Shown piece by piece: positions 8,062 through 16,421 of a stretch of 50,998 nt of DNA; the first letter of the stretch is position 1; each line of letters starts with the position of its first letter. The stretch comes from Candidatus Eiseniibacteriota bacterium (GTDB lineage Bacteria > Eisenbacteria > RBG-16-71-46 > DASYSL01), in NCBI GenBank assembly GCA_031431875.1, contig JANPEF010000121.1:1-50998 (forward strand). Direction: 5' to 3'. The notes beneath the pieces were generated by a model. The model made no database searches and was not told the origin of the DNA. It worked only from the letters and a program-made list of their open reading frames with translations. A program made the position numbers and the translations under genes.

Positions 8062-8313
8062 CTAAGCCGGCCGCGCCGCTTTGCGCCTTGCCTTGGGCAG
8101 AGCGTCAATCAACGCGCGAAGCGCATGGTTCACGGACGCGGAGTCCTTGAAGACTCGTGCGACGTCTGCGTCAAGCAGCACGACCTTCACCCTGTTGCGC
8201 AGTTGCTCCGCGTACTTGCCGCGAACACCGCCGGTGAAGTCGTATTCCGCACGCATCCCGTCAGGCGTCACGCGCTTACTCGGTTGGGTCTGCTTCGTGG
8301 ACTGTCCGCTCAT
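8062..8313 (-). CDS. BrnA/CopG-like (ribbon-helix-helix) antitoxin, orphan
   Basis: MRAEYDFTGGVRGKYA...VVLLDADVARVFKDSASVNHALRALI is typical of BrnA-like antitoxins; no BrnT upstream; TAAGCT 6 nt before the ATG. Confidence 0.75.
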   Translation of the reverse strand: MSGQSTKQTQPSKRVTPDGMRAEYDFTGGVRGKYAEQLRNRVKVVLLDADVARVFKDSASVNHALRALIDALPKARRKAARPA

Positions 8314-8377
8314 GACCCGAGCTTACCTCCGGGGTATCGCTCGCTCAATCTCCGCAGTCCCCCCGCGCCGCCCCCCG

Positions 8378-10624
8378 CTACGCCGACCAGTACCCCATGC
8401 CCACGTTCGGGCCCGGTGCCTCGACCACGATCGGGCTGTGCTCGGGGGCGCTCTCGACGACGTGGCCGTCCTTGCGCACCGTGATGACGAACGTGACGCG
8501 GAAGCCGGGCTCGACGCCGAGCGAAGCGAACGGCAGCGAGAACTCGGCGAGCGTCTCGAGCGCGGCTGCGGCGCCGGCGATCGGTGCGCCGGAGGGATCC
8601 GTCGAGAGCGGCGCCTGGCCCGGGCCCGCGGCGATCTCGATGCGGAAGCCCGGCGGCTCGAGGAACTCGAGTCCGACGCTCGTCGTCGCCGCGACGTGCT
8701 CGAGGTCGGCGCGCACGAACAGGGTCTTCTCGTCGAAGCCGTGCAGGATCGCGACGATGCGCCGGCCGCCGTGCATCGCGCCGCCGGCCCCCGCCGGGCG
8801 CCACACGCCGGCGCCGTTCCACTCGTAGTAGTGGCCCAGGCGGCCGCTCACCTTCGGCGCCACGAGAGCGGTCGGCACGCGGCGATCCTCGCTCACGCGC
8901 GCGACGCCGAACGCGGTGCGGAAGTCGGCGGGCACTGCACGCTCGGCCAGCACGTGCGCGCGAATCAGGTGATCGCGCAGGATGCGGTCGAACGTCGCCT
9001 TGTCGGCGGTGAAGTGATCGTCGCCGTACCACCAGCACCAGTCGCTGCCTTCGGCCACCATCAGGTGGCGCCACGCCTGGCGGCGGCGCTCGGCGCGATC
9101 GCCGGGGTCCTCCGGCGGCTGGCCGCGCAAGTCCTCGCCCCACACGGGCTCGACACCGTCCCAGAAGGCGCTGTCGGGCGGGCCCGCCACGTCCTCGGGG
9201 AACGCCTCGGCGAGCATCGCGCGCGTGCGCGCGACGGCGTCCCAGGCGCGGTTCTTCTCGGGGTGCCCGATCCAGATGCGAAAGTTCGCCTCGATCCACG
9301 AGCCCGAGTGCAACGTGTCGAGCGTGCCGCCGGTACCGTCGGCCTCGACCTCCGCGATCACCTCGCTCGGCGTCTTCGTCTCGATCCACGGCGTCGCGGT
9401 GAGCGCGTCGTAGAAGCGCGCGAGGAACTCGTTGCCGTCGTCGGGATACCACTCCCAGCAGTTCTCCCCGTCGAGCGCGACGAACAGGCGCGCCGGTCCG
9501 GGACCGGGCCAGGTGTCGCGCAGGTGCGCCAGCCGCGCGAGCACGTCGGCGACCGCATCGACCGCGGGCCAGCGCGAGTAGGCGAAGCCGATCTTGTCCG
9601 AGAGTTCGCGGTCGCGGAAGAACATCCACGGCCCGCCCTCGGCCAGCCGCCACGGCCGGGCGTGTGCCCACGGCGCGAATCCACCGCCCCCCGCCGGCGT
9701 CGAGCGATAGAGCACCTCGGCGTCGCTGCCCATCCAGCGGTAGCCGGCCTCGCCGGCCAGGCGCACGACCTCGGGGCTCACGCTGCCCTCGCTCGGCCAC
9801 AGGCCGGTCGCCGCGTGGCCGAACGCATTCGCCGCCACGCGGCGCGAGGCCTTGAGGTGCGCGAGGGCGTCGCCCGGGTGCGCGAAGCGCGTTGCCGGCA
9901 GCGGCACCGCGGGCATCGCACGCCGCGCGACGTCGGTGTCGCACAGCAGCGGCAGGATCGGGTGATACGCGGGCGTGACCGAGATCTCCGCGCGCGTGCC
10001 CGGGGCGAGGAGCGCGCGATGGCGCGGCAACACCGCGCCGATGAGCGCCTGCGCCTCGGCGTGGACGACGTCGCGCTCGGCGCGGGTGAAGCCCCCGCCC
10101 GGCACGGCGCCCCCCCTCGCCACCAGGGGCGCAAGCGCGGGTCGCGCGTGAAAGCGCGGGTCGATCCACGCCAGCGCGTGCAGCACCGCGAGGTCCACGG
10201 CCTCGTCGTCGGTGAGGAGCGAAGGATCCGCGGCCCCCGCTTCGCGTCGCCGCGCGAAGTGCTCGAGCGCCGGAAATCGCGCGCGGGCCCAGGTCGGCAC
10301 GATCGTCAGGCGCGCGAGCATGGTGCGCCGCGCCGCGTCATCGAGCGAGGCGGGTTCGGCGCGCGCGAGGTCGAGCTCGGGATCGCCGACGCCAGCGGCC
10401 GCGGCGGCGAGCTGCTCGAGCAGCGAGGGGACGAGGTTGATCGTCACCGCGAGGTCGGGACGCTCGAGCACGGCCTCGGCCATATCGAGGTAGTCCTTCG
10501 TGGCGTGCAGGCGCACCCACGGCAGAACAGGACGCCCGGCACGGGGGTTCCCGTAGCCGGGCTGGTGTTGGTGCCAGAGGAGGATGACCTGGACGGGCGC
10601 GGGCGCCCCGCCCGCGCGCGTCAT
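8378..10624 (-). CDS. Glycoside hydrolase family 57 (amylopullulanase/alpha-amylase-like)
   Basis: WHQHQP, LPWVRLHATKDY, TPAYHPILPLL, GLWPSEGSVS (nucleophile E), ALDGENCWE (acid/base D), AEGSDWCWWYG. Confidence 0.93.
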   Translation of the reverse strand: MTRAGGAPAPVQVILLWHQHQPGYGNPRAGRPVLPWVRLHATKDYLDMAEAVLERPDLAVTINLVPSLLEQLAAAAAGVGDPELDLARAEPASLDDAARRTMLARLTIVPTWARARFPALEHFARRREAGAADPSLLTDDEAVDLAVLHALAWIDPRFHARPALAPLVARGGAVPGGGFTRAERDVVHAEAQALIGAVLPRHRALLAPGTRAEISVTPAYHPILPLLCDTDVARRAMPAVPLPATRFAHPGDALAHLKASRRVAANAFGHAATGLWPSEGSVSPEVVRLAGEAGYRWMGSDAEVLYRSTPAGGGGFAPWAHARPWRLAEGGPWMFFRDRELSDKIGFAYSRWPAVDAVADVLARLAHLRDTWPGPGPARLFVALDGENCWEWYPDDGNEFLARFYDALTATPWIETKTPSEVIAEVEADGTGGTLDTLHSGSWIEANFRIWIGHPEKNRAWDAVARTRAMLAEAFPEDVAGPPDSAFWDGVEPVWGEDLRGQPPEDPGDRAERRRQAWRHLMVAEGSDWCWWYGDDHFTADKATFDRILRDHLIRAHVLAERAVPADFRTAFGVARVSEDRRVPTALVAPKVSGRLGHYYEWNGAGVWRPAGAGGAMHGGRRIVAILHGFDEKTLFVRADLEHVAATTSVGLEFLEPPGFRIEIAAGPGQAPLSTDPSGAPIAGAAAALETLAEFSLPFASLGVEPGFRVTFVITVRKDGHVVESAPEHSPIVVEAPGPNVGMGYWSA

Positions 10625-10628
10625 CGCG

Positions 10629-11303
10629 TCAGTTCGAAGCGGCGAGCATCTCGCCCAGGGCGACCTCGGCGTCGCGCGCGAAAGTCGTCTCCTTGTACTC
10701 GGTAGCGACCTTCTCGTAGAGCGCCTGCGCCTTCTTCGTGTCCCCGGCGAGGCGATTGGCGCGACCAGCGGCGAGGTAGAAGTCGGCGGCATTGGAGCGA
10801 TCGGGCGCCTTGGTGGCGACCGACTCGTAGTACTTCGCCGCACCGGCGAAGTCCTTCGACGACTCGAGCGCGAAGGCCAGGCTCTGCTCCGTCGCCGTCT
10901 GCATCGGCGAGCCGGCTGGCTGCGCGCGCAGCACGTCCTTGTAAAGCGTCGCCGCGCTGTCGAACGAGCCCTGCCAGAACAGCGCGTCGGCTTTCATGCG
11001 CTTGGCGTCGATCGCCGCCGGCGTGCCGCCGGCGTCGTTCATCACCTGGTCGGCAAGCTGGATCGTCTTCACGTAGTCGCCCGACCAGTACGACGCGCTG
11101 GCCTCGGCCAGCGTGCCGCGCGCCGCAGCATCCTGCCGGGCGACCTGGTTGCGCCACAGGGCGATGCCGCCCGCGACGACGACGACCAGCGCGAGCGCGC
11201 CGAATACCAGGTTGCGGTGCGCCCGCACCCAGTCCCAGGCACCGTAGGCGCCCTCCACGAACGCGTCTTGCTTCAGTTCCTGCTTGGTGAGTCTGTCCGA
11301 CAC
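10629..11303 (-). CDS. YfgM-like membrane-anchored TPR protein
   Basis: GTG start with GGGGAGGA RBS; RLTKQELKQDAF N-terminus, one TM helix, TPR helices. Confidence 0.8.
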   Translation of the reverse strand: MSDRLTKQELKQDAFVEGAYGAWDWVRAHRNLVFGALALVVVVAGGIALWRNQVARQDAAARGTLAEASASYWSGDYVKTIQLADQVMNDAGGTPAAIDAKRMKADALFWQGSFDSAATLYKDVLRAQPAGSPMQTATEQSLAFALESSKDFAGAAKYYESVATKAPDRSNAADFYLAAGRANRLAGDTKKAQALYEKVATEYKETTFARDAEVALGEMLAASN

Positions 11304-11377
11304 GCAATCCTCCCCGACAAGGCTCGAAGCGGGCCGCTCCTCCGGAGACGCCGGGGCGGTCCCGCTTCGTCCGGGGG

Positions 11378-11407
11378 AGTCTAGCAAACCCTTGCGAAAA
11401 GCCTCAA
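11378..11407 (-). promoter_or_regulatory. Putative promoter for the TPR-GH57 unit
   Basis: TTGAGG-N18-TAGACT with an extended TG. Confidence 0.45.
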
Positions 11408-12612
11408 CTCCCTTTTCGAGCGCGACTTCCGGGCTTGCCGGCGCGCGCGCGACAGCGTCGGCAGACGAGCCCCGCACCATCCCACCAGAACTCGCCGGCG
11501 GGGCGCCCGCACTCGGGGCACGGCGGGCGGACGAGGGCACCGCTGGCGAGGTCGACCTCGACGGCGAAGGAGCCGACCGACTTCCCGGCGCTCGACAGCG
11601 GGTAGCGCACTTCCTGACGCGGCCGGGCGATCTCCTCGATCCCCCACAGCCGGATCTCGATCGACGGCTCGTAACGCGCCCGCACCGCCTTCGTGCGCCG
11701 GCCCCACTCGAGCTTGAGCGCGGCCTCGGTCGACGGCTCCTCGGCCTCGCCGTCCTCGCTGCGACGGCGCCGGCGGCGATCGCGCTCCTCCTCGATGCGC
11801 GTCTGGTAGAACGCGGAGAGACGGGCGAGGTCGCGCTCGCGGGATTCGTCGGCCTTCCTCTTCCACTTGTCGGCGCGCGGCTCGAGCACGCGCTCGAGCC
11901 ACGTGCGCGCCTCGCCCCACAGCGCGGCGCGATCGAGCGGCGCCGGCACGAAGCCCGCGGGGAAGCCGGGCTCGAGGTGCGCGCGGCGGCGCTCGTCAGG
12001 CTCCCAGAAGTCGAACGACGGCCCGCGCGGATCGGCCAGGATCGAGCGCAGGTCCTGCTCGGGGCTCCCGCCCAGGAAGGTGAGCGTGGCGTGGAAACCG
12101 ACCTGCAGCACGTGCATCGGTACTGCGATCTTCGGCGCGCCGGCATCGACGTCGTGCAGCACCAGGCCCTCCCCCGCCACCGACCGCGCGTCGACGCCGG
12201 CACGCTCTTCGGCATGCAAACGCGCAACGTGTCCGCCCTCGCGTGCCTCGGAGAGGAGCTTGAGGCCGAGCTGGCTGCCCGGGGCGGCGAACGCGGCCCC
12301 GCGCGGCAACGTCGAGCGCGACGCGTCGAACACGAGGCGCATCGACGGTCGGCGCCAGCGTTTGGACAGGTCGAGCGGCAGTGTGATGTCCCACTCGAGC
12401 GGCGCGAACTCCACGGCGGCGGCCCCGCGGGCGCGCAGGAAGTCGATGGCGAAGGCTTCGAACGGCGCGCGCGATTCGTTGTCGTCACCGAGATCTTCGG
12501 CGCGCAGCGCCGGGGCAGCCGCGACAGGTCGCCGCACCGGCCCGGGCGCCACGCCGGCACTCTTTCCGATCGCGGCGGACATCGCCTTCGGAGCGCGCTT
12601 CTTCGGGCTCAC
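11404..12612 (-). CDS. YqhG-like partner of the SNF2 helicase with C-terminal Zn ribbon
   Basis: GTGA overlap with the helicase stop; coiled coil RERDLARLSAFYQTRIEEE; CPECG...CRRC at the C-terminus. Confidence 0.7.
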   Translation of the reverse strand: MSPKKRAPKAMSAAIGKSAGVAPGPVRRPVAAAPALRAEDLGDDNESRAPFEAFAIDFLRARGAAAVEFAPLEWDITLPLDLSKRWRRPSMRLVFDASRSTLPRGAAFAAPGSQLGLKLLSEAREGGHVARLHAEERAGVDARSVAGEGLVLHDVDAGAPKIAVPMHVLQVGFHATLTFLGGSPEQDLRSILADPRGPSFDFWEPDERRRAHLEPGFPAGFVPAPLDRAALWGEARTWLERVLEPRADKWKRKADESRERDLARLSAFYQTRIEEERDRRRRRRSEDGEAEEPSTEAALKLEWGRRTKAVRARYEPSIEIRLWGIEEIARPRQEVRYPLSSAGKSVGSFAVEVDLASGALVRPPCPECGRPAGEFWWDGAGLVCRRCRARAGKPGSRARKGS

Positions 12613-14627
12613 GCCTTCGCCTCCGGCAGGAGAGCCTTCTGCAGCTCCTGCTCCTCCTGGTAGCGCTTGCGCGCAGCGGCGAGGCGGCCCGCGAACTCGG
12701 CGTAGTTCTTCGAGCGCGTCTCGTCGTCCTTGCTCGCCACCCAGATCTTGAACACCTCGTCCTCGAACGAGCCCTCGGGCTCCCAGTGCCCGAGGATCTC
12801 CTCGACTTCGCCGACCACGAGCTCGAACAGGCGGATCTTCTTCTCGAGGATCTCGAGCACGTACGACTCGATCGTGTCGCGGGCGACCAGGTTGTAGATC
12901 TGCACGTCGTGCTCCTGCCCGAGCCGGTGCACGCGGCCGATCCGCTGCTCGACCCGCATCGGGTTCCACGGCAGGTCGTAGTTGACGACGATGTGCGCGA
13001 ACTGCAGGTTGCGGCCCTCGCCGCCGGCCTCGGTCGAGATGAGGAACGGGATCGGTCCGCGGAAGCGATCGAGCGCCTCCTCCTTCTCCTGCCAGGTCTG
13101 CTCGCCGTGGAAGATCTCGTTGGCGATCCCCGCCTCGGTGAGAGCGCGCGCGATCTCGTCCTGACTGGCGCGGAACTGCGTGAATACGATCGCCTTGTCC
13201 TCGAGTCCGCCGAGCAGCTTGACCAGCGCCTCGACCTTGGTCGAGCGCCCGCTCGTCGCCGCCCGGCTCGCGAGCTCCTTGAGCGCCTTCGCCGACAACC
13301 CGGTCGCGGCCTTGTTCGCCAGGTGCTGCAGCGTCTTCGCGGCGGCGGCGATGCTCGAGCCCAGTTCCTTCTGCAGCACCACGAGCGTGAAGTACCAGCG
13401 ACGCGCGACGTCCTCGTCCCCGGAGTCGATCGTCCTGATCACGAACTCCGAGACGTCGCGGTAGAGCTCGGCTTCGGCCGGCGACAGGTCGAGCGTCAGC
13501 GTCTTGACGTTGCGCCGCGGGAACTTGATCTGCGTGTTGGCGCGCTGGGCGCGGATCATCACCGAGGCCAGCAGAGCGCGAAGCTTGTCGGTGTTGCGCG
13601 GCTTGAGCCGGTCGCCTGCGGTCATGAACTCGGCGCGGAACTGGGCGAACGTGCCGACCGCGCCGGGCCGCAACAGCGTCACCAGGTTGTACAGCTCGCG
13701 CAGGTCGTTCTGCACCGGCGTCGCGGTCAGCAGCAGCAGGTTGCGGGCGCCCAGCTCGTTGATGAACTTCCAGCCGAGGGTGAGGTGATTGCGCAGGCGA
13801 TGCGCCTCGTCGACGATGACGAGGTCGAAGCCGACGCGGCGCACGCGCGCGCGGTGACGCGTGTGGCGAGCCGTCTCGAGCGAAGCGATGACCAGCGGGT
13901 GATCGCCCCAGCGGCCCTCGGCGCCACGCGAGACGACGAAGTCGAGTTCGAACTTCTCGCGCAACTCCTCGGCCCACTGCTCGCACAGGGAGGCCGGCGT
14001 GAGCACGAGCGCCGTGCGGATCTGCCCGCGCAGCAGGTACTCCTTGAGGATGATGCCGGCTTCGATCGTCTTGCCGAGGCCCACCTCGTCGGCCAGCAGC
14101 GCGCGGCCGCCCAGGTCCTTCATCACGGCGAGCGCGGCCTTCAACTGGTGAGGAAAGCGCTCGACGCCGCGCAGCGAATCGAGCGACAGGAGGCGATCCG
14201 CGGCGGCCCAGGCGGAGAGGCGCTCGGCGCGGTAACCGGCGGTGAACAGCGCCGGGTCGCTCGCCTCGCCGCCGGCCCAGCGGGCGACGAGCGCCTCGCC
14301 CTCGGGGGCGGCGCGCCAGAGGCTGCGTTCCTCGGCGGAGTCCTCCCCGGCCGGGGCTTCGGGGCTCTCGGCCGCGTCATCGGCGGACTCGCCCTCGGCT
14401 GCCGCGGCCCCCTCGGTGTCCTCGGCCGCGCGTGGGGCGAGATCTTCCTCGGCGCCCTCGCCCGCCAGTTCCCAGGGGAGACGCGCGGAGAGACGCTTGA
14501 GCTCCTGCCCGAACACGACTTCGAGCACGTCGGAGCCGCGGCCGTGGCGGACCTCGACGATCAGGCCGACGCCGAAGCGCGGATGGACGATGCGCTGTCC
14601 GACGCGATACGCGGTGGCGGTGGTCAT
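12609..14627 (-). CDS. SNF2/RapA-family (YqhH-like) ATP-dependent helicase with N-terminal Tudor-like domain
   Basis: LLADEVGLGKTIEAG, IVDEAHRL, LLLTATPVQN, STEAGGEGRNLQF, YDLPWNPMRVEQRIGRVHRLGQ. Confidence 0.92.
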   Translation of the reverse strand: MTTATAYRVGQRIVHPRFGVGLIVEVRHGRGSDVLEVVFGQELKRLSARLPWELAGEGAEEDLAPRAAEDTEGAAAAEGESADDAAESPEAPAGEDSAEERSLWRAAPEGEALVARWAGGEASDPALFTAGYRAERLSAWAAADRLLSLDSLRGVERFPHQLKAALAVMKDLGGRALLADEVGLGKTIEAGIILKEYLLRGQIRTALVLTPASLCEQWAEELREKFELDFVVSRGAEGRWGDHPLVIASLETARHTRHRARVRRVGFDLVIVDEAHRLRNHLTLGWKFINELGARNLLLLTATPVQNDLRELYNLVTLLRPGAVGTFAQFRAEFMTAGDRLKPRNTDKLRALLASVMIRAQRANTQIKFPRRNVKTLTLDLSPAEAELYRDVSEFVIRTIDSGDEDVARRWYFTLVVLQKELGSSIAAAAKTLQHLANKAATGLSAKALKELASRAATSGRSTKVEALVKLLGGLEDKAIVFTQFRASQDEIARALTEAGIANEIFHGEQTWQEKEEALDRFRGPIPFLISTEAGGEGRNLQFAHIVVNYDLPWNPMRVEQRIGRVHRLGQEHDVQIYNLVARDTIESYVLEILEKKIRLFELVVGEVEEILGHWEPEGSFEDEVFKIWVASKDDETRSKNYAEFAGRLAAARKRYQEEQELQKALLPEAKA

Positions 14628-14766
14628 CCCTGTTCGCTCTTCCTTTCCGGGGCTCGAGCCCCAGCGATCGATGCGCCGACCCGGGGGGAACGTTGACCGA
14701 CGGCGCGCCGACAAAGGCCGTGAAAACGTTTCCACACCATACTGCCCGAGCCGCCTTTCCGGGGTG

Positions 14767-15438
14767 TCAGGGGGATGTGTAGAAATTGATCCCGACGGCG
14801 ACCTGCACGTCGTGATTCAGCGAACTCTCGGAGAGCACACCATAATAGCGCAAACCCACGTCCAGCGTCAGCGTCCGGTTCGCCCAGTATTCGAAGCCCC
14901 CGCCGAGCTTCACCACGCCGCCGTCCCCCGGGTACTCGGTCTCGTCGTTGAGGTTGGTCTGCCGGCTCTGCATCAGCCCGGCGCCGATGACGAGATAGCG
15001 CGGTGTGCGGGTGCGCACGCTGAAGTGCCGGTAGTAGTCGATCGTGGTCATGACCAGCTGCAGCTTCACCGGCGTCGCCGCCGAATCGGCGGCGGACGTT
15101 CCGTCGAACTGATGCGACTCGAAGCCGATGCCGATCGAGCTCTCCGTCGAGTTCCGGTAGCGCAGCGCAAAACCCAGGCCGAGACCGTTGCTGAACTCGT
15201 CGGCGAAGCGCCCGCCACCCAGCAGCGTGCCGTACATCGCCGCCCCATGGAGCGCGACCGTGCCCGAGCGGACGGGCCGCGGCCGCCAGCCCGATTCGGC
15301 GGCGGGCGCCGCCGGTGGTGGGTCCTGCGCGGCGGCAGGCATGACCAGCCCGAGCCCGAGCGAAACAGCGAGCGCCGCGGCGAGCGCGACGGGAGCGAGT
15401 GCGGCGAGTCGACGACGAGGCGCGAGTCCTGTGATCAC
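14767..15438 (-). CDS. Outer-membrane beta-barrel (porin-family) protein
   Basis: GGAGGGA RBS + GTG; signal peptide; alternating beta-strands ending VAVGINFY. Confidence 0.75.
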   Translation of the reverse strand: MITGLAPRRRLAALAPVALAAALAVSLGLGLVMPAAAQDPPPAAPAAESGWRPRPVRSGTVALHGAAMYGTLLGGGRFADEFSNGLGLGFALRYRNSTESSIGIGFESHQFDGTSAADSAATPVKLQLVMTTIDYYRHFSVRTRTPRYLVIGAGLMQSRQTNLNDETEYPGDGGVVKLGGGFEYWANRTLTLDVGLRYYGVLSESSLNHDVQVAVGINFYTSP

Positions 15439-15467
15439 GATCCCTCCGGTTTCGAGCGTCCCCCGGC

Positions 15468-16421
15468 CTACGGCCGGGGGTGGAACTGCCGGTGCACCTC
15501 GAGCAGGAAGCCCCGGTCCACCGCGGTGTAGATCTGCGTCGTGACGACCGACGCGTGGCCCAGCAACTCCTGCACGACGCGCAGGTCGGCACCGCCGGCG
15601 AGGAGGTGCGTGGCGAACGAGTGCCGGAGCACGTGCGGGCTCACGCGGCCCGCCAGCCCCGCCAGCCGGGCGTAGCCGGCGAGGATCTTCCAGAAACCCA
15701 TCCGCGAGAGGCGGCGTCCCCAGCGGTTGACGAACAGTGCCTCCTCGTTGGTCCGCCGCACAAGGTGCGGCCGGCCGGACTCGAGCCAACGCTCGAGCGC
15801 CTCGCCCGCGGGCTTCCCGAACGGCACGAGACGCTGCTTGTCCCCCTTGCCGAGCACGCGGACCGCCCGGTCATCCCACAGCAGTGACGAGCGATCGAGG
15901 CCGACCAGTTCGCTCACCCGCAGCCCGCTGGCGTAGCCGAGTTCCAGCAAGGCACGATCGCGCAGTGTCCGCGGCTCGTGGCCCACCGGCTGGGCGAGCA
16001 CGAGCTCGACCTCCTCGATGGCCAGCGCCCTGGGCAACCTCCGCCCGAGCTTGAGCGCGGGCAGGCCGGCCGTGGGATCGAGCGGCGCCGTTCCCGCGCG
16101 CGCGCAGTGCGAGTGGTAGCCGCGCAGCGTCGAGCGGCGGCGCGCCAGCGTCGCCGCGGCCGCGCCGCCACGACGCAGCGCCAACAGGTAGTCGACGACG
16201 TCCGGGGCGATCACCTGCCTCGGCTCCGCGTGGCCTCGGGCGCGCAGGAAACCCAGGTAGTCCTGGAGATCGTAGCGGTATGCCGCCGTGGTTCGTGGCG
16301 AGGCGCGCTTGAGCAGCGCCAGGTCGCTGAGCCACGCCCGCCCGGCGCGCTCGAGCCCGTCCTCGGGGATCGTGCGCCGGGCCTCGGCGTCGGCCAGCCG
16401 CTTCGACGGACGGCCCTTCAC
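15468..16421 (-). CDS. xerD: Tyrosine recombinase XerD
   Basis: RDRALLELGYASGLRVSEL, VLGKGDKQRLVP, LSRMGFWKIL, SPHVLRHSFATHLL.GGADLRVVQELLGHA..TTQIYT, HRQFHPR; GTGA overlap with uvrC. Confidence 0.88.
   Translation of the reverse strand: MKGRPSKRLADAEARRTIPEDGLERAGRAWLSDLALLKRASPRTTAAYRYDLQDYLGFLRARGHAEPRQVIAPDVVDYLLALRRGGAAAATLARRRSTLRGYHSHCARAGTAPLDPTAGLPALKLGRRLPRALAIEEVELVLAQPVGHEPRTLRDRALLELGYASGLRVSELVGLDRSSLLWDDRAVRVLGKGDKQRLVPFGKPAGEALERWLESGRPHLVRRTNEEALFVNRWGRRLSRMGFWKILAGYARLAGLAGRVSPHVLRHSFATHLLAGGADLRVVQELLGHASVVTTQIYTAVDRGFLLEVHRQFHPRP

Noticed and set aside
7236..8377. A second dif-like site that would make the TA region an excisable dif module
   Set aside because: No second ATAA-N6-TTAT site was seen by eye; a degenerate one cannot be excluded
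15468..16421. Tyrosine recombinases as prophage or ICE integrases
   Set aside because: XerC/XerD-length proteins with Xer signatures in housekeeping operons; no phage or conjugation genes nearby
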